Positions 13,138 through 29,682 of a stretch of DNA of 59,273 nucleotides are shown here, one piece after another. The number at the start of each line of letters is the position of its first letter. Positions within the stretch are counted from its first letter, which is position 1. Where the stretch lies: positions 363,174-422,446 of the forward strand of contig NW_005434643.1 of the NCBI RefSeq assembly GCF_000315625.1. The letters are read 5' to 3'. Made by a program: the position numbers and the translations under genes. This DNA is from Guillardia theta CCMP2712. Its lineage: Eukaryota; Protista; Cryptophyta. Under the pieces are notes generated by a model. That model had not been told where the DNA came from. It searched no databases and saw nothing but the letters and a program-made list of their open reading frames with translations.

Positions 13138-13980
13138 TCCCAGCAAAGCTCTCCCCTCGCTCCTCCGCCACGGATCATTCCAATGTGGATGCTTATGAGC
13201 ATGACTTGGCTGAGTCAGAGGACGAGCAGGACAAGAACGAAGGGAGGATAGACAAGGAGGAGGAGGAGAAGGAGGACAAGACGGAATGGGAGGAAGCAGG
13301 ATTGAAACACCGTCAAGAGAAATCGAAGGAACAAGCGGCGCAAGAGGAGGAGAAGCACTCCCCATCCCCCAACCACTTGAAGGAGGAGGGAGAATACATC
13401 GGGGAAGAGGAATTTGAGGAGGACGAGGATGAGGATCAAGATGATTATGTAGAGGAGAAACCAAAAGAGGAGGCGAAGGAGGAGGAGAAGGAGGAGGAGG
13501 AGGAGGAGGAGGAGGAGGAGGAGGAGGAGGAGGAAGGAAAGGAGGAGAATCATACTTGGCGCAAGCTGCGGAACAAGGAGAACACAGAGGAGCCAGTCAA
13601 CATGGCAATGAGCACGCAAAAAGATCAGGACGAGGACGAGGACGAGGACGAGGAAGAAGAGGAAGAGGTGAGATCTCCTTTGCGACTGCTGTCGTGTGAC
13701 TTGCCTCTAGGAGGATGTGCTAGACCTGCTTGACAGTGCGAGAGGAAAAGAAAATAATCAGCGGCATAGGCAGAAAGAGGAGGAGGTGGTTGAAGAGGAG
13801 AGCTCAAGACGGCAGGAAGAGAAGCGGAGAAAAGAGGAGGACGAGGAGAGAAAAAGAGAGGAGGAGAGGAGGAGAGATGAGGCGAAACGAAAGGAGGAGG
13901 AGGAAGCTCCTGCTTCAACTTCCCTGCTCGCAACTGAATCCTCTGCGAAGAACCGAGGATGGGACGAGAGTCTCGTAACA
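8930..13980 (+). CDS. Large acidic coiled-coil protein with an SH3b-like domain and a SAM-like domain; multi-exon, 3' end runs into the N gap
   Basis: Exons 8930-11197, 11492-11623, 11878-12018, 12143-~12276, ~12503-13667 and 13711-13980 join in frame through GT-AG introns. SH3b-like: LNVRARPQLGSKKVGECREGDILEVEGVEGDWVKL. SAM-like: LFQDAKLPSKYLEEM...LASLSDQQLNMLNMKPAEKKRL. Confidence 0.75.
11236..11400. repeat. Intronic pyrimidine minisatellite, 21-nt period (ctcctctctcctctctcctct)n
   Basis: Direct inspection; lies in intron 11198-11491. Confidence 0.9.
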
Positions 13981-14350
13981 AGTAAGCTGAGGGCAGCAGA
14001 GATGGAAGAAGGGGAGGGAGGAGGGGGGCGGAGTGGGAAGGGAGGGAAGGAAGGACGAAAAGGGACGAAGGAGGAGGGAGGACCGAAGGACGAAAAGGAC
14101 CGAAGGACGAGGAGGAGGAGGNNNNNNNNNNNNNNNNNNNNNNNNNNNNNNNNNNNNNNNNNNNNNNNNNNNNNNNNNNNNNNNNNNNNNNNNNNNNNNN
14201 NNNNNNNNNNNNNNNNNNNNNACTTGGCACCCAACAGTGTCAAAGTGTAGAATTTATTACAAACAAGCACAAAACAAGTGAAGAACCTCATCTCAAGGTA
14301 AACCAGTATCTAAGTACTCCTCCTCCTCCTCCTCCTCCTCCTCCTCCTCC

Positions 14351-18357
<4,007 letters not shown>

Positions 18358-18899
18358 AGGGTCGAAGCGTAAGGTTGCATGCTGGTATCACTTGTATAAC
18401 AATCACACAGACGCAACTAGGCGACCATAACAATCGCAAGTGACCAACTAAGATCTCATGGGCACTGAAACAACAATCTAATATCCAGCAAGGCACATTC
18501 CATCAAGCCTTGCTATAGCATGCTTGTGCGTCCGGTCATAAAATATGATAACACGATCAAGTTCTACTGTTTGTCATGCTCATTGTATGTTCTATCATCG
18601 TCCTCTGCCGCTTCTTTCCGCCCCTTCGCTGCATCCTCACCGCTCATCGTGGCGCTGTTGGAGGCGGGACAGGCCAGTGAGGAAAGGGTCGGGTACTGCC
18701 CAAGATGGGGGTAGGGTTCAACTGTCAAATGTATGGGTGCAATTTATATCAGCAGAGGGGGTAATAAGGAAACGACACATGTTGAGGGGTAGGTGGTCAG
18801 AAACCTCCATAGGGTGGGGTATTAAGATACCTTCCGTTTTCGGAAAGCGCGGGATTCCTTATTGGGAAAGGGATCTGTAAAAGTAAAAAAGAAACCGAA

Positions 18900-19490
18900 C
18901 CCGGTAGTTCAAGTTAGAACTTGTTAGCCGCTAGTGAGTCAGGTCGACTCGGCCCGCCCCGGGCCCGGGCACTGAGGCGTACTGATTTTTCACTTAACTT
19001 TGAGTAAAGAGGCGAGTCGGTCCGAGCTTGTCTGAAGTTTGAACGCCGTGCCGCGCGCCGCCGGTCACCGGGATGATACAGTACTGTACTGTAGCCCCGC
19101 GGGTCGTGCCAGTCCCGCCGCCCGGCCGGCGCGGGGTACGCGGCAGTGCTGGGCAGCGGCGGCAGCAGTGCTGCACGGCGGCAGTCGCGGCGGCAACGGC
19201 AGGGCTCCGTCGGAACCGTCGCGGCCCTCAGGCAGCGGAACGGAACGCCGTTGAGCGCCGCAGTCACTGAGTGTCACGCCGCGGGTACCGCCCCCCGCCC
19301 CCCCCGGCCCGTTTGTCACCGTCCTTTGTGGTGACGGTGGCAATGGCCCGGCCCGTGATCCGATCGGTGACAGGTCAGATCGGTGGCAGGTCAGAGCCCC
19401 GGGCAGCAGTGTGGCCGGCGGTGACCGGCGGAAGGTGCCACGGGATTATTGAATTTACGATAATCAACTTCGGAAGTTCGTTTCAGTGAC
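18900..19490. repeat. GC-rich palindrome-word island
   Basis: Same vocabulary as the other islands: AAGTT/AACTT, CAGTCACTGAGT, CAGTACTG, GGGCCC, GATCCGATCGG. Confidence 0.75.
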
Positions 19491-19640
19491 ACAACTTTCG
19501 TGGAATGACAGATATATTTGGTACAAGGGGATACATAGTTTCTTTCTAGCGTAAGGGAATTGTAGAGCAGATCTCACTCGTGTTGGACAGAGCGGGATAC
19601 GAACGACTTGTAAGGTCGCTTGAACTTTTGTTGGTGCGAT

Positions 19641-20273
19641 TTACACGGAGTCGAGACCTGACTTATCTATGTTTCCACTGGTCGAGCATGCTTCTTGCTG
19701 AAAACAATCCTCAAAAGGTAGCTTGGCCGCCTTACTTTCAAAGAGACAGTCGCCTAGTGAACACAGGAGCGCTTCATTGCTCGAAATGCAACCCTCCTTG
19801 TCGAAACCCCAGAAGGCTCTTGCTTGACCGCAAACGTAGGCAAAAAGAACTTGAACTACATCTTCGTCGACGTCATCGTGTCTTTCACTCGTCTCGTTGA
19901 CAAGACTGAGAGGGCCATGCCGACCCACGTCGAAGGTCACGTGAGCATCCAACTCTTGAGTTATGCAGAACTTAGGGCAGTACCGCGCCCGAACGAGTGG
20001 ATCGGCAAAGCGGACACGAAGGCAGGATCGATCACGATGCCGGGGCCTGTCCGATGCATCCGTCTCCCCATCTTGAAGGTTGCTTTCCCTTTTGTTTCTA
20101 CGATACGCGTCTTGCATGCTGGTCCGAGGATGGGCTTCAGCGCCATGGACAGCCCTGTCGGGGCCAACGCTGTTGCAGTTCTGATGGCTTCCTCCGTTCC
20201 TCTCATCCACATACTTCGTGACAAAACGATCGCACCAGTACAAGAACTTCGTTCTCCCCGTCGACATGTCCAT
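19641..20273 (-). CDS. Hypothetical protein of 210 aa containing an RVRF (RVxF, PP1-docking-like) motif
   Basis: Uninterrupted ATG-initiated ORF with ordinary composition; LRVRFADPLV motif; no family recognised. Confidence 0.5.
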   Translation of the reverse strand: MDMSTGRTKFLYWCDRFVTKYVDERNGGSHQNCNSVGPDRAVHGAEAHPRTSMQDAYRRNKRESNLQDGETDASDRPRHRDRSCLRVRFADPLVRARYCPKFCITQELDAHVTFDVGRHGPLSLVNETSERHDDVDEDVVQVLFAYVCGQARAFWGFDKEGCISSNEALLCSLGDCLFESKAAKLPFEDCFQQEACSTSGNIDKSGLDSV

Positions 20274-22237
20274 GTCACTTATTGCTCTGTTTCGAACTGG
20301 AAAAGAAACGAATCAGTCTCTTTACAAAACAAAAATCGCGAACAAACGTTTATGCGTATTAATAAAAAAGCTTGATGCGTGCAAACCATCAAAGTGACAT
20401 CTCATACCAAATGTGGAGACAAGAATTCCAACGAGATCATTCGTCAAAGGTAGGATTGTGCAAAGAAAGCTTTCAAGCAGGTAACTGCCTTGAAAATGGA
20501 GCAACAAGACAGTGATTTCTTACAATCTAACATGCCAGAGCAACATTGAGTGCAGAAAATTCGATTGAAAATGATGGAACCGTTCTACCGCGACCCAACA
20601 TTCAACCAGCACACCAAACCAGGCCCTCAGAGGAGTTGAGTCCGCGGCAGAAAGAAACCCGCAATGGCAGCATAACAAGGAGACATGATCACGACAAGCC
20701 ATGAGGGAAAAAGCACAGAGGGAGGGATGGGTCAGAGAGGCATCGGACATTGAGGCAAGACGGCGGCACAGCGATCGGCAGCCAGCATCGGTGCCTCCTG
20801 GGCCGCTACAAGGACATGTAGCGTGCGCTATCTAAGCCCTCCATTATACAGCAGAAGTTCCCTGTTATATATAATTATACTTTCATGATTATTGGTTGGA
20901 CCTCTGACTCTCTATAATTATGCAAATTGGTGCGACTTGTTTTGTATAATTTGCATAATGATTTTCAGGTACCGATTCTATCCCCTGTCGACCACCCTAC
21001 CCCAGTTCCTCAAGAAACAAGTAAAGCTCCCCGAGACCCCCCGAAACAGTCCTACTCCGGAAGTACCCACCTTTGCAAGTGAAAATTCATTATCAAGAAG
21101 GGGTACATTTTCGAGTAGTACCCGTACAAAATCACCGAAGGGCAGCGGGCTAGTACCCCCACCCTCTCCGTTGAGAATGTGAAATACGACCCTGTGAGCT
21201 GTGGGGGAACAGGTTCTGCTCTGAGGCGAGTCCGCCATCTCTGCGATCGGGCCGGGCAGGTTATATGGTTATATATTTACAATATTTTGTATTGATATGT
21301 AATCATGCAACAAAACAACACTATTACAATAACTATATATGTCAACTAAGTCTTTAATTTTCCTACAACTTATAAAATCGTATAAGATGTTTTACAAATA
21401 ATTTGTATGAAGAATTAGGCTCGGTACGTTTTGCTCGTACAACACTGGGATCCTTGTTTTTATAGAGACAACTCGCATCCTCGCCCCCCATGCTTTCCCT
21501 CTCCTCCTAGAGTCCTCTTCCTTCCTCTCCCCTCTGCTCTGCCAGCTTCTGTCCTTCCATGCTCCTTTCCTCCATTCCATTTTCTCAGACTTTCTTCCTC
21601 TTCCCTTCCCCGCCCATCTCCTTGCCTCTCCTCGTTGCCCCTTTCCTCGCTTCCCTCGCCGCTCTATCTCTCCTCTGCGTGTCATGCGAACTCTATTCCA
21701 CACACAAAAACAGCTGTTCTTTCACCGCATCACATCACTTCTCATGTTTTCTCCTCTTCTGAATTGCACCATGTACGCTTCCTTTTCCAGCCCCTTCCAT
21801 CTGCACCGCCTTTGCATGCGCCCAAGGACACACACGCATCCCTTTGTTTAGCGTGTGTGTTTCTTCTCTTTCTTGTCACAGCCTTCCGCTGTATGTCTGA
21901 GTAAGGCTCTTGCGCCCCTGTGTTTTCCTTTCTCACATTGTATTTTCTCAATGTTTGTTTATGTTTGTTCAATTCCTTAACCTCGCATTCACTCCATGTT
22001 ATCTTGGTGCATTCGCTCCTGGCTGGTGGTCGAATCGTGAGATCACTCTTCAGCCTGTTTTCATGCTGCTATCTCTACTTTCTCTGTATGCGCGAGACTA
22101 TCTTCATATTGTCTCTGATCGCCTGCCCCTTTGTTCTACCTGATTTTCACCTGCAGTTTGAAATCTGTCAGAGCAGTAAAGTGAGGGAACATTGAGATGG
22201 AGGATGCTGTGCGGGAATGTGAGACATTGAGGTGACG

Positions 22238-23470
22238 ATGGAGCCTGCAGGACCCACGATGATGATGGCTGCCGCTTCTTCGTCCCGCATCCGCAAGTGC
22301 AACTACTCCAACTGCTCCAAGAGCGTCTTCATCGACCCCACCACCGGCATCGAGCACGACTTCTGTGGACGCACGCATGCCCGACTGGCGCTGGAGGCTG
22401 AGGGTTACTCCCTGGAGCCTCCTCACGGCCAGTGCCACATCTGCCAGCTTGAAGGCTGTAACAACCCGGTCTACTATGACGAGCGAGAGGACCGCGTGCA
22501 TGACTTCTGCTGCCTTGACCATGCGCACGCCGCGCAGGAGTGGGGGCAGTGGCCCGAATCGAATCGATCTTGCCAAGGGCATGGAGACCCCAGCAACCGC
22601 TGCGCTCTGCCCGGCTGCTCCGCTCCTCGCTATGTCGACCATAGGACCGGGCAGGTCCATGACTTCTGCGGCCGGACTCACGCCAAGCAGGCAGCAGCAA
22701 GAGGTCTCCTGTCGGCGACCGAGGCTGGTGTGCCCTTCCATTGGGTGGATCGTGTGTTTTCAGGACGCGACGGGCAGCCCAAATACACGATCTCGATGCT
22801 GACAAACCACCACGAGAGGTATCAGGGTATCAAAGAGCAGTTCCTGTCAAGCTGGACGCATGCTGGGCCGAAGCCACGAGTTTTGAGGATCTTTCAAGTA
22901 CGCAACCCTCAGGAAATCTATGAGAGATACTTGCGGTACCGCGACTTCCTGGATCGTAACGGAGGAGCGCATGAGAGGAGAAGGTTCCACGGGACCTCGA
23001 TGGCTCCGGACTGTATGTTCGGACACGACATCAACTGTGCTCCTTGCATGAACCCTAACTGCGCAGTCTGCACCATCTGCGAAACCTCCTTCGATCTGCG
23101 TCATGCGGGCAACGCCACGATGGGAGGAGGTGCAGCGAGGATGGCGCTGAGGTACGGCAATGGGCTCTACTTCTCCAGGGTGTCCTCTAAGTCCAACGAC
23201 TATGCCTCGGGCTCGGAGCGCAATGGCGTGAAGATAATCTTCCTGTGCAAGATTTGCCTGGGAAACAGTTACCTGGCGCAGCAGGAGCTAATTCCCTCCA
23301 ACCAAGTTGACTCCCTGATCCGATGCCGCGCTGGCGACGCGACCTTCGACTCCATCACTGGGCTCACAGTTGCCAAGGGAGGGAAGCTAAACTACGAGGA
23401 GAACGTGATCTACTGCAACGAAGCCGCCATTCCATCGTATCTGGTGGTGTACAAAGTTCCTGACCCTTGA
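22238..23470 (+). CDS. PARP-like ADP-ribosyltransferase with three N-terminal C-x4-C...C-x3-H Zn-binding repeats; coding region has no intron
   Basis: Three repeats ending HDFC(G/C)xxHA. ART core motifs IFQVRNP, RRFHGT (H), YGNGLYFS (Y), SSKSNDY and LNYEENVIY (E), ending AAIPSYLVVY. A probable 5'UTR intron spans ~21260-22156. Confidence 0.85.
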   Translation: MEPAGPTMMMAAASSSRIRKCNYSNCSKSVFIDPTTGIEHDFCGRTHARLALEAEGYSLEPPHGQCHICQLEGCNNPVYYDEREDRVHDFCCLDHAHAAQEWGQWPESNRSCQGHGDPSNRCALPGCSAPRYVDHRTGQVHDFCGRTHAKQAAARGLLSATEAGVPFHWVDRVFSGRDGQPKYTISMLTNHHERYQGIKEQFLSSWTHAGPKPRVLRIFQVRNPQEIYERYLRYRDFLDRNGGAHERRRFHGTSMAPDCMFGHDINCAPCMNPNCAVCTICETSFDLRHAGNATMGGGAARMALRYGNGLYFSRVSSKSNDYASGSERNGVKIIFLCKICLGNSYLAQQELIPSNQVDSLIRCRAGDATFDSITGLTVAKGGKLNYEENVIYCNEAAIPSYLVVYKVPDP

Positions 23471-24221
23471 TCATCAGCGAAAGTCGCCGTCAGCCAGTAG
23501 ATAGATTTTCAGGTTGAAGCAGATTAGGAACTTCTGCTGAACCTAATGTTGGCGAATAGATTTTCTCCTTTTGTCAAGCTTCTGGCGCTGAAACCGATCT
23601 CAATCTAGCTCTTCCAAGATCCTGTTTGCATTCTGCAAGTTTTATTCCCTCGTTCGATAACAAACTCGCCCGGATATGCTTGAACTGACTCAGTCTAGTG
23701 ATATAACTAGTTTGAGACAAGTTTCAAACCTCGAGGGCTATGTCAGTGCAGATGGAGCAGCAGTCCCATGAGGCGGTTGGCGTCGGAGTGATGCATCATA
23801 GGAGTAGAGACTTCTAGTTGAACACCGACTTCGAAGCAACTTTAACCTTGAGGGCGGAGGGATCCCACCAGGTAGCGCTGAATCAAATTCATTCTCCTTG
23901 TGGTTCGTTTTTCATCGGTAAAATCAGCTGACAGTTGTTCTGATGAGAAGAGAGAGCTGGATTAGGATTGATTCAATTCCAAGAAACATGTGCAAGAACA
24001 TGTCTCAACCTTTTGTGTGTTCCGCATGCTTGATCAAATATCACACAGTAAGTAAGGAATGGCTGCAAGCGCGAGTTCTTTGATGTCACATTTGTTTATC
24101 ATCACAATCCTTGTGTTTAGAATCGTTAAGTCTTACTGAAAATTGTTTATTATCAAAATCATTTAGAATCGTACGATGAAAGAACGTCAACACACAGCAC
24201 GCAATCATTTCTTGAATTTCT

Positions 24222-24980
24222 TCACTGGATGGATGAGACGTACATCTGGGGCTGGTAGCCCGCAACCGGTTGAATTGATGGGACTCCTGGGGTCGTCACC
24301 ACCGGCGAGAGCACTGGATAGGACGCGGCACTGACTGGAGCCAAGGAGTACATGGGCTGCGGAGAAAGGACAGGCGCAGGCTCTTCCACGGACTTGGGCT
24401 GGGAAACCTGGGCAACAGCAGGCAGCATTCTGTGAAGAGCATCGATAACTCCGTCGGGAAAGATGGACCTTGCTCCTGCGGTGTCGAGCATGGAGTGCAG
24501 CATGCCCTTGAGAGCCCCGATCAGGCAAGGGCTGAGGATCAGCAACAGAGCAAGCAGGCAGAGGATGAAGAAGTCCATCCAGCTGATGATGTGGTAGGCA
24601 GTGCAGGCCCAGCGGCTTGACGGAGCCTTCAAGCCAAGTTCAGCGCACGCGGTGGTCGGAAAAACAGCAGCGATGATCCAGATGCCCAAGATGACGACAG
24701 CCAAACCTCCGGACAAGTTGAGCAGGAACGCAATGGTCCTGGCCAGGTTCCTCTGGCCCTTGTCATCGCCAATGCCAATCAAAGGAGCAAAAATGTTGAC
24801 AACAGTGAGGAGCCAGAGCACGCCGACGTAAGTGGAGAACACCTTGTAGAGCGAGGTGTTCTGCAGACGGTCGTTGGCGTCCGATGCATCGATGTGTGCC
24901 CACGAGTACGCGTAATACATGGGAAAGGCCGACTGGAGAAGAGAGAAGCCAGCAAGCAAGTAGCAAGTAGAGTCAGGCAT
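24222..24980 (-). CDS. Four-TM membrane protein with a Pro-rich cytosolic tail
   Basis: ATG at 24980; four hydrophobic segments; Cys pair in the loop before TM4; C-terminal P/Y/V-rich tail. Confidence 0.75.
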   Translation of the reverse strand: MPDSTCYLLAGFSLLQSAFPMYYAYSWAHIDASDANDRLQNTSLYKVFSTYVGVLWLLTVVNIFAPLIGIGDDKGQRNLARTIAFLLNLSGGLAVVILGIWIIAAVFPTTACAELGLKAPSSRWACTAYHIISWMDFFILCLLALLLILSPCLIGALKGMLHSMLDTAGARSIFPDGVIDALHRMLPAVAQVSQPKSVEEPAPVLSPQPMYSLAPVSAASYPVLSPVVTTPGVPSIQPVAGYQPQMYVSSIQ

Positions 24981-25109
24981 GTCGAATGTTTCAGGAGTAA
25001 GCTGCTTCAGAGGGAGCACGCGACTGCAACGTGGAGGAGGAGGGCAAGGTGCTGTGCGTGTGAGGCAAAACTGGAGGAGAGGAGAGAAATATGCGTCGGG
25101 GCACAATGC

Positions 25110-25720
25110 AGTCAGACCCAGGGGTGGTAAACAGGAAGTTCCGTTCTACAGGGGTAGGGGTGGTGCGGTCAAACTGCGGACTTGGGTTAAGTTGTTAGGT
25201 TGGTAGGGGTCATATCTAGTTGTCCCAAAAGTGAGATGAGAGGGCAGGGGGTAGGGGTGCTACCGTTAACGATGGGAAGTGAGTGCTGTGGGGTGGGTAG
25301 AGGATGGAGGGGTATCTTTGACACTGAGAACAGCAGCGCGAATCTACATCAAATCGAGCAGGGGTAGCGATTGCAGAGCGTCAGTAGGGTGGTCTCAAAA
25401 CTGGGGTATGAACTCCATGTATAGTTGGGTAGTAATTTTGAAGGGTGGGTGGTTGTACTGATGACGGTGGGCGACTCGAGAGATGGGGGTGGCCCGAAAC
25501 TTAGTATCCACCCCACCCCTGGGTGGAACTGATCAATGGGGGAATAAGGTGGGTCACATAAGGGCAAGGTTACCGTTGCAGTAATCCCCAAGTGAACCCG
25601 AAAGGAGTCCCGGTGCTAATCAACTAGGGGAGGGGTAGCCCCAACTTACCGTACCGTACGGTAACCGGTCGGGTGGACGGTGGTGCAAATACTCTACAGG
25701 GGTGGGGAACGGCGGCCGCG
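25110..25720 (-). promoter_or_regulatory. GGGGTA/GGGTGG-rich upstream module (C-rich on the coding strand of the 4TM gene)
   Basis: Many ggggta/gggtgg words on the plus strand immediately 5' of a minus-strand gene. Regulatory function is inferred. Confidence 0.4.
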
Positions 25721-26660
25721 CCATACGGTAGGAGGAGTCAGTGACCGAGGCTTCGCCATTCATTTGTTGAGGGCTCGGAAGGGTGGGTGGTCGCACGCCG
25801 TGTCTGGTAGTCCGTAGTCGGCACTGAGGGTGGTGTCAGGTAGTACGGCGGTATTGGTACGGTATGATTCCGGGGCGGCGCGGGGAATTTCCGAAACAAA
25901 AAAGAGAGCTACCAAAAGTAGTGAGTTCAGGGTACTGGAAGGACCAGCGGTGTGCTAGTAGCCTAGCCATAGGGGGTGCTAGTGGTTAATCCACAACGAT
26001 GACTCATATTTTCAAATACGGTTTCAGAACTTCAAAATCTTTCACTCTATGTCGCCGGACTCATCACTCACATTGAAGGACGCCGTACGGTGGCGGTAAG
26101 TTTACTCAAAGTTAAGTTACTATACGGTACCGGTGACTCGGAGGCTGTGACCGGCGGTGGCGGCCGAGTCAGCGGGGGCCTCGGCCCGGCGCGGACTCCC
26201 GACGGTGGACCGTTGAAGAGTCCGGCGACCGTGAGGCTCGGCCATCTGCCGCGGACTCAGGAGCCTCCGAGGCTCGGAGTCAGCGGCCCCCGGGCCGCCG
26301 CCGCGGCCGCCGGGCCGGCCGGCGCTCGCGGCTCCGCTGATCGCCGAGTCTGGGCCCGGCGCGCCCGGCCGCCCTGCGGCGGCACACGGTGACTCCGGTG
26401 GCAGTGAGGCAGCTAACTTATTTCAACCGTGCATGATGATCTCAGTGGCTTGAGTCAGAGTTTTTCATGCCGTTCACAAGGCCATATGCAGGCTCTAGCA
26501 AAATTGGTCTTTTTTTTCTCCTTGGGACCGTGACTTGGCCGCCCGGCCGCCATGAGGCGGAGTCCCGGTACCGTACGGTCGGACATCACTGCTGCCGCTG
26601 ACTTGACAGACAGTGAGTCGGTGGCATGGCGGCATCCGAGTCTGCCCCGGCGAGTCATAG
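25720..26660. repeat. GC-rich palindrome-word island
   Basis: TACGGTACCGG, GACTCGGAG, CCGGCCGG, AAGTTAAGTT and CCGGTACCGTACGG. Confidence 0.7.
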
Positions 26661-29600
26661 CGTTGTCGCTCTCAACTGACCCCTCTGGTTTCCAATAGTT
26701 TTCTGTGGGGGTATCCTTCCACACATGTGAATAGCAAATGGCAGTTGGGGTCTGGGGTGGGTCAGACGGCTGGGAGCTGATTCAAATTGGTTGGGACGTG
26801 TTTAAGGGGGTAGGGTACTTCCTGGTAGCAAATAATTGTACCAACAGTACCAATTTTATGGTACATATTCGAGTACTGTTAGGAAAACTTGTACCAAAAT
26901 AGTTTATGCGGTACCTCCCCTGTTCAAACTATGATGCTTTGGACCCACCTGTTTCCCAGTGAAAGTCCCTTCTCCGATGGGGTCAACCCTGCCTCCGACC
27001 AACATAGACCACCCTTGTAGATCAGAGGGAGCTCTCAAGCCTTGCCCCTTCCCTTCCCTGGTTGCACTGGTTGCATATCCAAGGTTAGCAAGCGAACGTT
27101 ACTCATCTGCAGCAGGAGAGCTCAGACCAGGACAAGCAGAGGCAATCCCTGCAGAATCTGGTGTGAGCGCAGCAGTCTGAAAACATCTCTGTGATTGCAA
27201 ACACATGTAAAGAGGGTTGATCATCATAGATTTTAGCAGCTTGAATAAGGAGTACTCCGCACGGACCGTCCGCTAGTGGCGCTGTACGATGGATGACATT
27301 GACTCTCATGAGCAATAAGTAGGAAGTCATGAAGCATGTCACGGAGACAGCATGATCTATACTTATTTCATAGGAATCTGCTGCAAAGAGTCGGGCTTGA
27401 GGGCGGTCTGAGCAATATGCAAGAGTATTGCCAAGGCATGTAAAGAGTTTCAAGGAATACCAGTGCATTCATCAAATGGCAGTGATGAGGTACCACATGA
27501 AGGTATGACTTGCAAATTGATTGCATGTCGTGTTCTATTTCATGACTTACAATCAAGACGCTTTGAGCGACAAAACGATAACCCTTATAGCATTGTAAAT
27601 CATATTTCATTTCCTTCACCTCGAGTCGAAGCAAGAAATTTTCAAGGTGCTGATATCTTTGTTGTGACTAGACTGACATGGTATCAGGAGCAGTTAATTG
27701 ATGTTGGATCCGATTGAATCATGCAGACGAAAATGGACGTACCCTTTTGAATAAATCTTTCTTCTCGAGTCTCATACCAGAGCTTTCTTGCCTCTTTCTT
27801 TGTAACCTAACATGTACAAAGCATTGGCATTTTCTTACACAAAGAAACTGAGCCTGACCAGCTTCTCTTATTCGCTGCATTCTCGCCCTTTCATCATTCT
27901 GATCTTTTCCTCGCTTGACACCCTTGGGCCAAAGCGAGTTGCATGCTGCGATATCATCAATTGTTTGGAACCAAGCGATAAGTGGAACAAAGCGCTCAGG
28001 TGCTATGCAGGCTGCAATGCATCGCCGGCATTCCAACCATATGGATAAGTTTGCCAACTTTGCGCTGCTCATATTACTTGCAGCGAAAGTCAACCATTCC
28101 AGATGATAAGGACAATATATGAGACTTGCGCAGAAGAATGTGCAAACACTTCCACACGACGGTGAGTGTGCACGATTCCACATACACAAGGGCCGAATGC
28201 TGCGCAGAAGCATCTACCAATTTCTTGTCTAACCACTCTTTTGATGAATGAGCATCGACTTCTCTAACATGTACATCAGGTCATGCAGGCTCATGGAGAA
28301 ATGATGATGTTGTTAGCAACAACTTGGCTTTGTTTTATTGAAGTACGTTGAAAACATCACCTAGGCCGCTACATATTCCCATGTCCGCTTTGCAACAGTT
28401 CTAAACCACGTATCACCATAAAGTTGTACATCATTCGACTAGTCCGATAACATCTTCATGTAGAGTCTCAGTTTCAAGCACAACGCGGTTTGGAGCGATA
28501 CTGTGACTTGTTTGCCTGGTATGATTACATGTGACATGCTCTCTTACACAATTGAAGAGTATTGTAGAAAATTCAGTCAAGCGGTGCACAGTTCGGCCTT
28601 TCTTTCTTGCTATTCATCAAACATAGTGTATCAGACAGATGTCATCGTGTGGATCGACGCAAAATAAAGATGAACTCGAAGTTCTGTCTGAAAAATGACC
28701 CTTTGCAAGTACTGATGGATCGAGAGCAAGTTCTTGATGCTGTATCATTGAGAAGTAAAATGACAGTCATAAGCCAGTGCTATGCGACTCGAATCCATCA
28801 GCTTGAAATATGAACCACTGAGTTTCATTCCATGAATCATCTTTCCTCCCGCATTCAAACTGAGAAACTCAGTGCTTGTCAACTCATGGGCATGGTTTCA
28901 GAGTTTGAATTTCCAGCAAGTTGAGGAAGGACAAGGCAGACAGAAGCGTCAAAGAAAGTTGAGGGTCATCAGGGAAGGTCTGACGAGAGTCTGAGACTCA
29001 TGGACAGGGAAGGATAGGGATGCGCAAGTGCGGAGGGCAGGGAGATGGGGAGGGAGACCCCCTCTGCTAAATGTATTTTAAAAGGTACCCATTACAGTAC
29101 CAGACCAAGACCTGTACCCCCCACCCCCCTGTCGCGTCCGTTGGGTTCGAATCATTTGAAATACTACCACGCCTACCCATCAGGTTCTGGTACAAATCAT
29201 TACTCCACTATACAAGGGCCTAAGTGATCCTATGCAAAGGCAATAGGAACAACTGTTTACTTATCTAAGCTCTCAATTACCCCCGGTTGCCGTTGAACTT
29301 GCAGCGCTGGAAATGGATTTTCAAACCTTCCAATCCTTCGATTTTTTACTCACACACAATTTTGTACTGGAAAATGCCTGGATCTGGTACAAATCCCAAT
29401 TGTCAGCAAGTTCCTTGACCCGACAACGCTATGTCCCTCGGAGTCTTACCGCGGCACTCAGTCCGAACGGTTGTTGACTCAGTTTGACAGTGGCATAACA
29501 GTAATCATACTAGTCACAAGTTCTTGCCGCAGTGCGGTCCGTCAGTTGAGAGTCACGGGGCACCGTCACAGAGTCACGCCGGTTCCGGTTATCATCGGCG

Positions 29601-29682
29601 GATCCGGCGATCATGTGTCTCAGTGCCGGGCCCGGGCCGGAGTGCTGAGCAGGGGGCCGCTCCGAACGTGAGTCATAAAAGC

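Noticed and set aside
19824-20375. Plus-strand 183-aa ORF
   Set aside because: It has a non-ATG start and is probably the antisense shadow of the minus-strand ORF 19641-20273.
21392-22195. Hydrophobic short ORFs
   Set aside because: The stretch is pyrimidine-rich and ends in a good acceptor (cctgcag, 22156); it is likely the 5'UTR intron of the ART gene.
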